Positions 25,897 to 35,840 of a stretch of DNA of 64,000 nucleotides are shown here, one piece after another. The stretch is from the IMG/VR virus record IMGVR_UViG_3300021256_000011, positions 8,789 through 72,788 of that record; one strand, 5' to 3'. The notes beneath the pieces were generated by a model. The model ran no database searches. It saw only the letters and a program-made list of their open reading frames with translations, and was not told the origin of the DNA. The DNA comes from a virus. Taxonomy: Duplodnaviria; Caudoviricetes. The first letter of the stretch is position 1; the number at the start of each line of letters is the position of its first letter. A program made the position numbers and the translations under genes.

Positions 25897-26613
25897 ATGG
25901 CATCACACGCAACACTTAAAGGCGTACACAACTACGTCGAATTCAAGGACGAGACCATCCAGGGCAGAGTGAAGAAGATGGTGGAGATGAGGCAGACAGT
26001 GGATGTCGAGAACGCCCATGTAAAGTTCAGTTACGGCAACCGAAAGACAGGTAACTTGGTGCCGTCGGTATCACTCATTCCTATCGCCGATTGTGGCGCA
26101 AACTGCGCCTGCTGCGCGAAGGGCTGCTATGCCGCGAGGAACATTGCATGCTATAAGGCGAGCCGAGCATCATTCGCCAACAATAGCGCAATAGCCAGGA
26201 GAGACCCGGAGAAGTTCTTCCGAGAGGTTGACGGCGAGATGAAGAAGAACAAGTGGTTTAGGTTTTTCGTTTCGGGCGACATCTTGAGCGGAGACTTCTT
26301 TGATGGCATGGTCGAGGTGTCCAAGCGTAATCCTCACTGCCAGGTGCTTGCGTTTACGAAGCAATTTGATATCGTGAACCGATGGATTGACTACAACGGA
26401 GAACTGCCGGCGAACCTGCATATCATCTTCAGCGAGTGGCGTGGCTTGGATGTACCGAATCCTCACAACCTTCCGACATCGAGGCCGGTATGGAAGGGAG
26501 AGCTTGTTCCGAGCGGCATCTGGTGCGGCGGAGATTGCTCAGCGTGTGCCGTCAAGGACGAGGGCTGCTGGTCCCTGAAACCCGGCGAGAGAATCTTATT
26601 TGAAGCACACTGA
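25897..26613 (+). CDS. GP88-like, radical-SAM-like Cys-rich protein
   Basis: GNRKTG...DCGANCACCAKGCYA, FRFFVSGDI, AFTK, NLHIIFS, C-terminal CGGDCSAC. Confidence 0.7.
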   Translation: MASHATLKGVHNYVEFKDETIQGRVKKMVEMRQTVDVENAHVKFSYGNRKTGNLVPSVSLIPIADCGANCACCAKGCYAARNIACYKASRASFANNSAIARRDPEKFFREVDGEMKKNKWFRFFVSGDILSGDFFDGMVEVSKRNPHCQVLAFTKQFDIVNRWIDYNGELPANLHIIFSEWRGLDVPNPHNLPTSRPVWKGELVPSGIWCGGDCSACAVKDEGCWSLKPGERILFEAH

Positions 26614-26812
26614 TATGGAAAAGTGTTATGAAGTATGCCCTTACTGTGGCGAAGAGGTTGAACTTGATGCAGAGTTAAAGGTTCAAATATGTCCAAACTG
26701 CGGAAAACACATTGTGACCTGTTCAATGTGCCCCGCTTATATGAGTGAGGACCCCTCTGCGCCCAAGTGTAGCAATTGTATCTTAGAGTATCTGGCCCAT
26801 AAAAATAACTAA
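26600..26812 (+). CDS. Zn-ribbon small protein
   Basis: CPYC...CPNC...CSMC...CSNC. Confidence 0.65.
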   Translation: MKHTDMEKCYEVCPYCGEEVELDAELKVQICPNCGKHIVTCSMCPAYMSEDPSAPKCSNCILEYLAHKNN

Positions 26813-26816
26813 CATC

Positions 26817-27101
26817 ATGGAAACAATCGTAATCATGACCAACTGCAAGAGTCCTTACGGCTCTTACATCGAATTCAAAATCAAGGGCGGAGCGTTCATT
26901 GGAGAGGTGGACACGCTCAACAAACGCACCCACGGCAAGACTGGCTATCGAGTGTTCTACGGGGAACACTACAGGTCCAGGCAGATTGCCGACCGCTCCA
27001 ACAAGGACAGCGCAATCGCTCTCCTGCAGGAGTCAATTAAGGCCGGGATCCAGGGGCCGGTGGAGTTCAAGTGGAATGTAATGCAGTACAAATATAAATA
27101 G
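26817..27101 (+). CDS. Hypothetical protein
   Basis: 94-aa ORF. Confidence 0.65.
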   Translation: METIVIMTNCKSPYGSYIEFKIKGGAFIGEVDTLNKRTHGKTGYRVFYGEHYRSRQIADRSNKDSAIALLQESIKAGIQGPVEFKWNVMQYKYK

Positions 27102-27103
27102 CC

Positions 27104-27523
27104 ATGACAGCACAAGAGAAATTTGAGGCCCGGCTCAAGGAGTTGGGGCTATGGAAAGATTACGGAATGGATGATCATGTAGGAACTGTCCTACCGGACG
27201 GTCGGGTGGTCGTCCTGGTGCACATCCAGTCGGACCCGACGGATTCTTATACGGAATTTGATTACCAGTCGTTCGAGGATTTGTGGAAAGACGCCAAGTT
27301 CCGCGAGAAATGTAAGGAGCACTGGTACAAGGAAAGCGACGACTACGAGTTCATCGGTAAGCTCGCATACTGGCTCGATATCCACGATAAGTACGCTGAG
27401 TGCCCGCTCTTCCCTGTAGACCTTTACTGGATGGGCACAGAAAGCAAGTGGTTTGACTTCGAGGACGACAAAACCGCCGAAGAAATCATCAAAAACCTCG
27501 TGGCCGAGCATAGTTTGGCATAG
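27104..27523 (+). CDS. Hypothetical protein
   Basis: 139-aa ORF. Confidence 0.7.
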   Translation: MTAQEKFEARLKELGLWKDYGMDDHVGTVLPDGRVVVLVHIQSDPTDSYTEFDYQSFEDLWKDAKFREKCKEHWYKESDDYEFIGKLAYWLDIHDKYAECPLFPVDLYWMGTESKWFDFEDDKTAEEIIKNLVAEHSLA

Positions 27524-27673
27524 AATTTGCATAGTATAAGGTCATGAAATATTTACTGACAATATCTGCCGCGGTCGGCCTTATAGCTTACCACAACGCA
27601 TGGCAGACAATAGAGTGCCCGCTGTTAATAATCATGGCGGTGCTCGTATGTATCATTATTAAAACAAAAAGCA

Positions 27674-27949
27674 ATGAACAAAGACAGAAGAAAGGCTCTG
27701 AGAGAAGCCATTGACGAACTGGAAGAAGCCAGGGCTAAAATTGAATCGGCCAAGGCTACCGTTGACACCTGCAAGAGCGAAGAGGAGGACGCGTATGACT
27801 GCCTGCCGGAGAGTCTGCAGGAAGGCGAGAGGGGCGACACCATGCAGGAGAACATCGACAGCCTTGACGAGGCGTACAGCAACCTTGACGACATCTCGGA
27901 CACTATCGAAGAAGTAATCAACTCAATCCAGGAGGCCATTGACAGATGA
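27674..27949 (+). CDS. Acidic coiled-coil hypothetical protein
   Basis: MNKDRRKAL...EEEDAYDCLPESLQEGERGDTMQE. Confidence 0.75.
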   Translation: MNKDRRKALREAIDELEEARAKIESAKATVDTCKSEEEDAYDCLPESLQEGERGDTMQENIDSLDEAYSNLDDISDTIEEVINSIQEAIDR

Positions 27950-28085
27950 ATGCGTTGCTAGTTTACGAAGGCTACGCCCTCTACGAGTGGGGGCGAGCCT
28001 ACAAATCAGAGATTGACGGCAAGTGGCGCCAGTTCGACACTGCCGCACAGTGGGTACAATACATTAACTTAATAACAGGGAAGAA

Positions 28086-28319
28086 ATGAAGTACACCAAA
28101 AGAAAAATCATTCTTATAAATGAGCAGACAGGCGAGCGCAAGGATTTCGCTAGCATCAACGCCGCAGCGGGATTTCTTGGCTCCAACTTTGCCAATGTAC
28201 AGATGCAGGCATTCCGGAACGCAACGCTCCGTGGATGGCGGGTATATGAGGATGCAGAGACCATCCGCCAGCACATCAAGGCTCTGGAAGAGCAGTTAAA
28301 GATAATAGAGTCTAACTAA
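28086..28319 (+). CDS. NUMOD1-like HTH DNA-binding protein
   Basis: TGERKDFASINAAAGFLG. Confidence 0.55.
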   Translation: MKYTKRKIILINEQTGERKDFASINAAAGFLGSNFANVQMQAFRNATLRGWRVYEDAETIRQHIKALEEQLKIIESN

Positions 28320-28334
28320 TAAACACACAAAACC

Positions 28335-28640
28335 ATGAAAACTAAGACACAACTTGTTAAGCTCGGTCTGACAGAGATGCAGGCCGACCAGGTAATGCTT
28401 CTTGAAAGCGAAATGATGAAGCACGCTATTGCGTTCTCATTCAAAAAGAAGGACGGCACTATCCGCCAGGCCGTCGGCACTCTCGTCCGCGAGCGCATGA
28501 TTCAGCCGGACGGCAAGCTCTGGGAGCCGAAAGGAGCAGAGCGGATGCCGGAGCAGGACCTGTTCGTCAAGTTCTGGGACTGCGTTGCCCAGGCATGGCG
28601 CCAGTTCAATGTGTTCAACCTTATAGCAGTGGAGGGATAG
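28335..28640 (+). CDS. SH3 beta-barrel (WYL_2/DUF2693-like) protein
   Basis: FSFKKKDGTIRQAVGTL...FWDCVAQAWRQF. Confidence 0.75.
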   Translation: MKTKTQLVKLGLTEMQADQVMLLESEMMKHAIAFSFKKKDGTIRQAVGTLVRERMIQPDGKLWEPKGAERMPEQDLFVKFWDCVAQAWRQFNVFNLIAVEG

Positions 28641-28642
28641 CC

Positions 28643-28843
28643 ATGGCACGCAGAAAGAAAATAGACCTGGTGGTTGTGACATGTTATGGCACGCAGAAAG
28701 TGTGGGAGCGGAAAGATGCGATTGCGTTCTTCTTGCAGGGTATGAGAGAATGTGACGGTGCTGAGAGAGAACGATACACGGACATTTATATTCAACTCAT
28801 AGACGGCGCGAAGGAGGCGTCTGATGAAACAAGGTTACAGTAG
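28643..28843 (+). CDS. Hypothetical protein
   Basis: VVVTCYGTQKVWERKDAIAFFLQGMRECDGAERERY. Confidence 0.6.
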   Translation: MARRKKIDLVVVTCYGTQKVWERKDAIAFFLQGMRECDGAERERYTDIYIQLIDGAKEASDETRLQ

Positions 28844-29036
28844 TCAAATCTCAAAAGAAGAAATAGCCATGAATACGCTCAAAGACTTTATTGAAAAATA
28901 CTACACCGGCGAGCCTTACGAGGTTGCGCTCGGCCACCTGGCGGACTTCCTCCGCGACCTTGATATGATTAACGCTTTCGAGGGCGGCGTCTGGGGGCCG
29001 GATGACATTATGGATAACATCGAAATAGAGAAATAG
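28824..29036 (+). CDS. Hypothetical protein
   Basis: 70-aa ORF. Confidence 0.55.
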   Translation: MKQGYSSQISKEEIAMNTLKDFIEKYYTGEPYEVALGHLADFLRDLDMINAFEGGVWGPDDIMDNIEIEK

Positions 29037-29038
29037 CC

Positions 29039-29323
29039 ATGAAACTTTCAGAACTCACATACGAATACCTGCAGTCTGTTGGGATGTCCACGGTGTACAT
29101 GCACTATGACTGCGAGGACGCGTTGCGACAGGTAAGCAGCGCAGAAGCGCTCGACCTGGTTAAGCAAGAACTTTCCGCCAAATACGGCGATGTAGACCTA
29201 ATAATCAATCCTAAAGCGGCCTGGTTCGACCAGATTAAGATTGACGACGAGAAATGGCAGGCAGACTACGAGTCTTTCTGCAAAAAGAAGGCAGCATGGT
29301 GTGCGCAATATGGATGTGACTAA
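29039..29323 (+). CDS. Hypothetical protein
   Basis: 94-aa ORF. Confidence 0.65.
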   Translation: MKLSELTYEYLQSVGMSTVYMHYDCEDALRQVSSAEALDLVKQELSAKYGDVDLIINPKAAWFDQIKIDDEKWQADYESFCKKKAAWCAQYGCD

Positions 29324-29553
29324 TATGAAAATCTGCGTCATCAAACACTACAAAGACATTGACCAAAGACTACTTGCCTTATGACACCCTCTCTCCTCCA
29401 AGCCATCTCCGCCACGCCGGACTTACTACCAACCTGCGCTCACTACGCAGAACTTCTACAGGCCGCTCACGAAAGAACCGGCATCTCCTATGACAAACTC
29501 CGCGAACACGGAGGCGAGTTCACTTACGCCCAGTGGGCAAAATTCCTTGAAAA

Positions 29554-29838
29554 ATGAAACACAAAGACTTCATCCAGCACTTCATCAATGTCAAAGACGA
29601 ATTTGACGGCGACTGCTATATCATCTGGCTCCCCGCTTTTCCCGGCGGAGGCGTATTTAACAATGTGCTCCCGGGTACGAGGACGGATATCCTCGCCGCG
29701 TTCATGAACATCAATGACGGAAATCGCCTTACATTCCTGACAAGCAGCCCGGATGATCGCGAACAGTATTTTGCCGACCTTGGTGAACTCCCGGCCGGAG
29801 TACAGAAAAAACTCATTACCTACATTAAAAACCTTTAG
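29554..29838 (+). CDS. Hypothetical protein
   Basis: 94-aa ORF. Confidence 0.6.
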   Translation: MKHKDFIQHFINVKDEFDGDCYIIWLPAFPGGGVFNNVLPGTRTDILAAFMNINDGNRLTFLTSSPDDREQYFADLGELPAGVQKKLITYIKNL

Positions 29839-29841
29839 ACT

Positions 29842-30117
29842 ATGTTTTACCAGACACCTCAATTCATGGCAGAGCTGCTCGAGAAAGTGCAGGTCCTGCA
29901 GCTCGCCGTCATCCGTAAAAATGACGGTCATTCCCTCCACATTGACACCAACTCCCACAATGACTATTTCTACGGGACAGGCTTCCACGCCGGCTTTGAT
30001 GTCACTCTCTTCGACGGCTCGAACCTCGTCGAGTCCTGGGACTTCATGAGCAATCATGACGCCGACGAACTCAACCACATTCTTGAAGACCTCACATTCA
30101 AAATTAGCCGCCTGTAG
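29842..30117 (+). CDS. Hypothetical protein
   Basis: 91-aa ORF. Confidence 0.6.
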   Translation: MFYQTPQFMAELLEKVQVLQLAVIRKNDGHSLHIDTNSHNDYFYGTGFHAGFDVTLFDGSNLVESWDFMSNHDADELNHILEDLTFKISRL

Positions 30118-30196
30118 CCATGGTATTCATCATCGTTTATCTGCTTTGCGCAGTCTCATTCATCCCGGAACTGTTTAACGAAAAACGCTAAGAAAA

Positions 30197-30424
30197 ATGA
30201 AAACAAAAGAAGAACTCTACGACCTTTTCATGGCCAACGCATCCCTGGCAGACTGGGATGAATATGACCTCGTGGATCCTCCATACTGCGCGTCCGCGAG
30301 TATTTATCTCGAAGTGGACGGATACATATTCGAAGGAGACGGTATGATAACCTACCCGGACGACAAGGAAATCCTGGAACTTGAGTGCACCACGCCGGAG
30401 GGAGAAACAATTTCAATCATCTAA
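30197..30424 (+). CDS. Hypothetical acidic protein
   Basis: 75-aa ORF. Confidence 0.6.
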   Translation: MKTKEELYDLFMANASLADWDEYDLVDPPYCASASIYLEVDGYIFEGDGMITYPDDKEILELECTTPEGETISII

Positions 30425-30498
30425 GACTATGTTTTTCATCATTATGCTTTTGGCTTACGCCGATGATATGTTGGCCCGCCGCGACTAAACTTAATTCT

Positions 30499-31257
30499 AT
30501 GGTTTACAGTTATATACGATTCTCGACAACGAAGCAGGACGATGTCCAGCAGCAGCAAGCAATTAAGGAATGGGCGCAGCCGAGAGGCATCGTTATTGAC
30601 GAGTTCGTCTCGGACGAGGGTGTCTCCGGAGGCGTCTCATACAAGGACAGGAACCTTTACAAACTCGTTCGAAAACTGAAGGCCGGAGACACCTTGATTG
30701 TGTCGGAAATCTCCCGTTTGGGCAGATCTATGTCTGACCTTAACCTTCTCATCACCCAGGAACTGAAACCTCGCAAGGTGCGCCTCGTCTGCATCAAACT
30801 CAACCTGGATCTGGACTGCGCAAACATTAAGGCTATCGACGAGATGCTCCTTTTCGCATTCTCCTTTGCGGCGCAACTGGAAAAGGAGCTCATACAAGCC
30901 AGAACCCAGTCCGCCATCGACGCCCGCAAGGAAGCTATCAAGAAGGACGGCGGCTTTATGTCAAAGTCCGGCAACTGGTGCAAGAAGCTCGGCAACAAGA
31001 AGGGCGTAGACATGGCGCCCGCTCAGCAATCCTCCATCCTGGCCCGGCACAACAAGGCCCAAGGCTGGCGAGAAAGCTCTGCGCTGTATCGCCTGGTAGA
31101 GAGGGGCATCTTCAAGGGATGGACCCGTCAGCGCATCATGGAGGAGGCCATCAAGAAATACGACGAGGAGCCGGATGTCTATTGCACGAGGCAAGGTAAG
31201 CCGCTCTGCGAGGGGACATTGTCTCGCTGGGCAAAAGAAATTCAAATCGGTATTTAG
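30499..31257 (+). CDS. Small serine recombinase (resolvase/invertase family)
   Basis: YSYIRFSTTKQ (catalytic Ser), DEGVSG, GDTLIVSEISRLGRS, AQLEKELIQART. Confidence 0.92.
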   Translation: MVYSYIRFSTTKQDDVQQQQAIKEWAQPRGIVIDEFVSDEGVSGGVSYKDRNLYKLVRKLKAGDTLIVSEISRLGRSMSDLNLLITQELKPRKVRLVCIKLNLDLDCANIKAIDEMLLFAFSFAAQLEKELIQARTQSAIDARKEAIKKDGGFMSKSGNWCKKLGNKKGVDMAPAQQSSILARHNKAQGWRESSALYRLVERGIFKGWTRQRIMEEAIKKYDEEPDVYCTRQGKPLCEGTLSRWAKEIQIGI

Positions 31258-31267
31258 CCAATGATAT

Positions 31268-31630
31268 TTGGCATGTAATTTGCAAGCACACGAAGTTATG
31301 TTGAAAAAATTTATGGTAAATGTCCACCTCGATGGACACTACACAATAGAAGACCCCAGGTGCCCGTGGGGGTGGCACGGATCCGGCTGCTATGATATAG
31401 ACATCCACACATGGACCGACTTAGAAGTCGAAGTCTGGGCTGAAACGGAAGACCTCGCCGAGGAATACGCGCTGGACTACGAATATAAAGACATATCCTC
31501 GGATGTAGAACTCGACGCAGTCCAGGTCGAGGCGGTCAAGTTCGTAGAAGACCTGCCAGACCGTGACCCGGAAGAGGCCGGCGTGATTGAGCCGGTTGCA
31601 TACAACTGGAAAGAAATTGAAAAAGACTGA
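31268..31630 (+). CDS. Hypothetical acidic protein
   Basis: 120-aa ORF. Confidence 0.6.
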   Translation: MACNLQAHEVMLKKFMVNVHLDGHYTIEDPRCPWGWHGSGCYDIDIHTWTDLEVEVWAETEDLAEEYALDYEYKDISSDVELDAVQVEAVKFVEDLPDRDPEEAGVIEPVAYNWKEIEKD

Positions 31631-31634
31631 TAAT

Positions 31635-32465
31635 ATGGGAAAGTACGAAGAAGCCCTGGAGAGGGCAAAAGAGTTACATGAAGCCGGCAACGCGCTTACA
31701 AAGTCACAAATGGAGATTGTATTCCCCGAGCTCAAGGAGAGCGAGGATGAGAGGATAAGGAAATGGCTTATAGAAATGGTTGAAGAACTTAGAAAAGCAA
31801 ATCCAACCAATGCAGAACATAACGGGAATTGTAGTGAAGCTATTGCCTACCTCGAAAGGCAGAAAGATCAGAAGCCCGTAGAAGGCACTGCACTACAAAA
31901 AGCCTTCATTAATTCAAAAAGTTATACACTTGAGGAAAAATGCGATGCCTCGGATTATGCAGAAGCCATTCTTCCAACCAGCGTTACCTATGGAGAAAAT
32001 GAAGAAGAATATAAACTCCATAAGATTATTGAGGCAGCTTTTATTGCTGGTCAAAAGAAGGAACAGAAGCCAGCAGAAAAGCAGGACTACTCTGACCTTA
32101 ATGACTTTGAGAGAGCCATCCATCGTGGATTCCTTTCTGCCGGAGTTGAGAATGTCCCGGTTGCAATCATCAAAGAAACCGCACAGGAATGTCTTGCACA
32201 AATGAAGCCCGCAGAGTGGAGCGAGGAGGATGAGGATATGAGGGACACAATTATTCGTGATTTAAAGCGTCTTGGTGGTGATATAGTAAACGTTAAGCCA
32301 GCTTATAAAGCAGAAATAGATTGGCTCAAATCCCTCCGTCCCCAGCCTCGCTGGAAGCCGAGCGAGGAACAGATAGAGGCTTTGAAATATACACTCGGTA
32401 ATGGAGGTTTTTATAATAAAAAAGCCCTTGATTCTCTATTATCCGACCTTCAAAAACTACTTTAG
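31635..32465 (+). CDS. Hypothetical modular phage protein
   Basis: YEEALERAK, FPELKESEDERIRK, KPAEWSEEDE, WKPSEEQIEAL linker motifs. Confidence 0.75.
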   Translation: MGKYEEALERAKELHEAGNALTKSQMEIVFPELKESEDERIRKWLIEMVEELRKANPTNAEHNGNCSEAIAYLERQKDQKPVEGTALQKAFINSKSYTLEEKCDASDYAEAILPTSVTYGENEEEYKLHKIIEAAFIAGQKKEQKPAEKQDYSDLNDFERAIHRGFLSAGVENVPVAIIKETAQECLAQMKPAEWSEEDEDMRDTIIRDLKRLGGDIVNVKPAYKAEIDWLKSLRPQPRWKPSEEQIEALKYTLGNGGFYNKKALDSLLSDLQKLL

Positions 32466-32467
32466 CC

Positions 32468-32749
32468 ATGAAATACATTGACGCAGAAAAACTGACAAAG
32501 TTTGAAGAAATACTTGCTGATATAATCGTAAGTTCGCAAGGATTATGTACTTACGAGGCTTGTAAGGATATGGCGAAAAGAGAAGCACCATTCCTCATCA
32601 CCTCTCTCCAGCAGGAGCAGCTGGAGGTGGATTTAGAGAAAGAACTACACACCTACATCTGTTCAGATGAATACATGAACACCCGCGGGAATGGTTCTTT
32701 ACTTATTGCTCGCCATTTCTATGAACTTGGGCTTAACGCAAGAAAGTAA
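32468..32749 (+). CDS. Hypothetical protein
   Basis: MKYIDAEKL...FYELGLNAR. Confidence 0.65.
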   Translation: MKYIDAEKLTKFEEILADIIVSSQGLCTYEACKDMAKREAPFLITSLQQEQLEVDLEKELHTYICSDEYMNTRGNGSLLIARHFYELGLNARK

Positions 32750-33021
32750 TGACTGAATTTGAGCGAAACGCAAGGTATTCTTATGACGAGAAACTTGCAT
32801 ACTTGAAGCAATCACATGATTCCCAGCACCTGCAAACAATGTCTTATGGGGGCTATGATGTTATTATGCTGTCGGGGTTGGGGAAAGGGTTGAGATTCTT
32901 TTTCTACAAAGGTGGGCGTCTTATTAAAATGCGTGATAAAGTCTGGAAAGACAATATCCGACAATATGCACAAACATATATCGACCAAGTTCTTAACGCA
33001 AGAAGGGAGGAAAGCAAATGA
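32749..33021 (+). CDS. Hypothetical protein
   Basis: Coupled overlap. Confidence 0.6.
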   Translation: MTEFERNARYSYDEKLAYLKQSHDSQHLQTMSYGGYDVIMLSGLGKGLRFFFYKGGRLIKMRDKVWKDNIRQYAQTYIDQVLNARREESK

Positions 33022-33287
33022 ACGCACCAGATAAGATTTATTTGCAAGTGTGTGGGGATTGTCCAAAGGTTGATTGTAAGAACTGCAAATTTGAGGATTT
33101 GGAGGACAATGTAACTTGGTGTAAAGACCGAATCTTTGACCTGGATGTAGAATACATCCGCAAGGACGCGCTGCTGGAGTGGGCAAAAAACCTAAAAGAC
33201 CGATGGGAAGAACCGCCAATGTCTAAACATTCTCCAGGGTGTGTTTTTATGTTGGAGCAAGTCATCAAAAAAATTGAATCGCTATGA
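33018..33287 (+). CDS. Hypothetical protein
   Basis: APDKIYL...EYIRKDALLEW. Confidence 0.65.
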   Translation: MNAPDKIYLQVCGDCPKVDCKNCKFEDLEDNVTWCKDRIFDLDVEYIRKDALLEWAKNLKDRWEEPPMSKHSPGCVFMLEQVIKKIESL

Positions 33288-33466
33288 ACTGGAAAAAATT
33301 TTTTAAAGCCTGGCTAAAAGTATTAATACAATTTGGCTTGGTTTCTTTAGTAATGTGGTTTATTAAATGCGTCATACTAAAAACATCATTAGAGTTTACA
33401 GAACCTGCGCTTGCATATTTACTCGCAGAAGCTGCTGAAAAATATTACGATAAAAGTTAGAATCAC

Positions 33467-33967
33467 ATGACACAGGAAGAAACAATATCAAACCTCAAAG
33501 CCTATCTTGACGGAGATACGGCTATCGGCAACATCATTCCTCTGCGTTCAGTTTTGGAGTCTGCAATTAAGTATCTTGAGCCCTCCCTTCCATCCAATCT
33601 GAACGAAGCAGCAATGCAATTTGCAAAAAGAACATATTCACCATTTGATGACCCGTATGAAGTTTCCAAGGCTTTTGAAAATGATTTTAATTGCTTCAAA
33701 GCCGGAGCCGAGTGGATGGCGGGGCAAGAATGGATTGATGATGGAAGTATGCCTCCCGAAACGAAACAAGAGAGTGATACCCTACAAGGCCACAAAGAAT
33801 GGACTGAAAGCGAGCCAGTCCTTGCATGGGATTCTATATATAGGTGTCGTGTAGATTGGACGAGGAACGGCAAATGGGTGTCGGAACAAACGGGTGGATA
33901 TACCGGACAGGTTTGCCACGGGATTATTGCTTGGAGGCCGATACCAAAATATAATGAGAAACATTAA
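33467..33967 (+). CDS. Hypothetical protein (DUF551-like C-terminus)
   Basis: FKAGAEW...IIAWRPIP. Confidence 0.6.
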   Translation: MTQEETISNLKAYLDGDTAIGNIIPLRSVLESAIKYLEPSLPSNLNEAAMQFAKRTYSPFDDPYEVSKAFENDFNCFKAGAEWMAGQEWIDDGSMPPETKQESDTLQGHKEWTESEPVLAWDSIYRCRVDWTRNGKWVSEQTGGYTGQVCHGIIAWRPIPKYNEKH

Positions 33968-34146
33968 TTCGGCGAAAGCCTAAAAGAGAAAGAAGATGAA
34001 ATTTCAACTGAATATAGAAGTTGACGAAACCGAAACTAATCTCTCTCAAAAGGAGATAGTGAATTACGTCATTGATTCGCTCGCCGAAAGCTTAGAAAAG
34101 ACTGGCGCTTACTTTGATGTCGGAGTAGCGATTGATTCAATTATGA

Positions 34147-34716
34147 GTGGACTTACAAATTAGAATAGTTATGGCAAAGATACCTTTTGACATAAAGTAC
34201 AGGCCGCAGATTGAAAGCGGGGAATATAAGCTGGAAACTAAAGATGGAAGACAAGTTCGTGTTGTGTGTTGGGATGTGAAGAATTCATATTCAAAAGTAC
34301 ACGATGATATATTAGCTCTTGTCAAATCAAAAGGCGGGACAGAAAATGCTTTATTCTATGCACAAAATGGCTATTGCTTGTCTGATTCCTCAAGAGTTGG
34401 AAGAAAAGACCTTTTCATTGTCACGCCGGAGCCGGAACTGAGCAAGTTTGATGATTGTGTACGGAGATTGATTGATATGGCGCACAGCCTTGGAAAAGAC
34501 CATTCATATAACACGGATAAAGATGCACTTTTTGAACGCTACTCCGCTGAACTCCTTTCCCTTGCTCGCGAACAGTTTGTCAAGGACTTGCCGAGGTGGA
34601 AGAAAAAAGAAGATAGTATTGGTTATTATTGTAGTTGTGGTTTTCTTGTTTCAGATGGTTATGAAATATCAATATCTGAATTAAGAAAAAAACTTCCCGG
34701 ATTTAAGGAGGATTAA
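34147..34716 (+). CDS. Hypothetical protein
   Basis: KIPFDIKYRPQIESGEYKLETKDGRQVRVVCWD. Confidence 0.7.
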   Translation: MDLQIRIVMAKIPFDIKYRPQIESGEYKLETKDGRQVRVVCWDVKNSYSKVHDDILALVKSKGGTENALFYAQNGYCLSDSSRVGRKDLFIVTPEPELSKFDDCVRRLIDMAHSLGKDHSYNTDKDALFERYSAELLSLAREQFVKDLPRWKKKEDSIGYYCSCGFLVSDGYEISISELRKKLPGFKED

Positions 34717-34718
34717 GT

Positions 34719-34949
34719 ATGAAAAAGATAATAACAGTTTTTATTACATTACTCTGCTTATTGTCTTGCAAAGAATCAACTAAAGAAAGTCATAGGTATC
34801 TCGTAGAAGAAAAAATAACAACTCTGGGAGGTAACTATAGAATATTTCTTTCTGATCTTGATGATCGTCATTTATGTTCAATTGTCGTTGGAAAATATAC
34901 ATATGAACATACAAATCCAGGAGATACTTTAATTATTAAATATGAGTAA
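34719..34949 (+). CDS. Putative small lipoprotein
   Basis: MKKIITVFITLLCLLSC signal and lipobox-like Cys. Confidence 0.55.
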   Translation: MKKIITVFITLLCLLSCKESTKESHRYLVEEKITTLGGNYRIFLSDLDDRHLCSIVVGKYTYEHTNPGDTLIIKYE

Positions 34950-35196
34950 AAGAGCAGAAGAATATGCTAATAAGCAATTTCCGTATAAAATAAAAAAAGT
35001 TGGTTGGCTTCAACAGAATGAAGATGTCAACGCTACTTCCCGTCTGATTGCACAAGAGGCTTATGAGCAGGCAGAAAAAGATACGATTAAAAAAGTAGCA
35101 GAATATCTTGTTCGACATCTTGGAGAATTGTCGCAAAACCCTGATATAAAATATGCTTTTGTTAAGCAATTTAGAGCATCAATGGAGGAAAAATAA
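34942..35196 (+). CDS. Hypothetical protein
   Basis: 84-aa ORF. Confidence 0.6.
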   Translation: MSKRAEEYANKQFPYKIKKVGWLQQNEDVNATSRLIAQEAYEQAEKDTIKKVAEYLVRHLGELSQNPDIKYAFVKQFRASMEEK

Positions 35197-35546
35197 TGTT
35201 TGAGAGAATAAAAGATATAATCTACAAAATTAAGGATTACGATAGGCTGGAGAACGATTACTCTGTTTTATTGTGTCATGTCACAGATGGTAGATTAAGC
35301 AAAACCACTTACGACATTGACCGTCTTTTAACCGTAGTTAATGATATCCTTTATGAGCGGGATGAAGAAACGTACAAGGAATGCAAAAAAGACCTTGCGC
35401 TGACGTGGGAGGATGTAAAAAAGATAGAAGATTTATGTATGGAAATCGCGACACTTTTTGCATCGGTAGGAAGAAACAAAGTTATTCTTGAGCCGCCGTT
35501 CTATAAGGAAGTTGCACGGAGATTTAACGAACAGAAAAAGAAATGA
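35196..35546 (+). CDS. Hypothetical protein
   Basis: 116-aa ORF. Confidence 0.65.
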   Translation: MFERIKDIIYKIKDYDRLENDYSVLLCHVTDGRLSKTTYDIDRLLTVVNDILYERDEETYKECKKDLALTWEDVKKIEDLCMEIATLFASVGRNKVILEPPFYKEVARRFNEQKKK

Positions 35547-35839
35547 AAGCAAGAGAAAAAAATACTGGTAAAGAGATAACGATTCTTGGCATTTCAAAAG
35601 AATGGGGTACAGCAACCTATATCGAAGAAGGAATATTGCGCCAAAAGAATCTTTCTGGAGAATGGGAAATAATTGACGAGTCCGAATTTGTCGACTGGCA
35701 AGCATTCCGCAGAGAAGCGGCGAAGAATATACTGTGCGCGATGATTGAGGCGAGGAGGCCAGTAACATTTCAGCCTGTTCTCATAGAGAATGCTTTAATG
35801 TACACGAACGCATTAATCGAACAACTCAAACAAGAATAA
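35543..35839 (+). CDS. Hypothetical protein
   Basis: DWQAFRREAAKNILCAM. Confidence 0.65.
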   Translation: MKAREKNTGKEITILGISKEWGTATYIEEGILRQKNLSGEWEIIDESEFVDWQAFRREAAKNILCAMIEARRPVTFQPVLIENALMYTNALIEQLKQE

Positions 35840-35840
35840 T

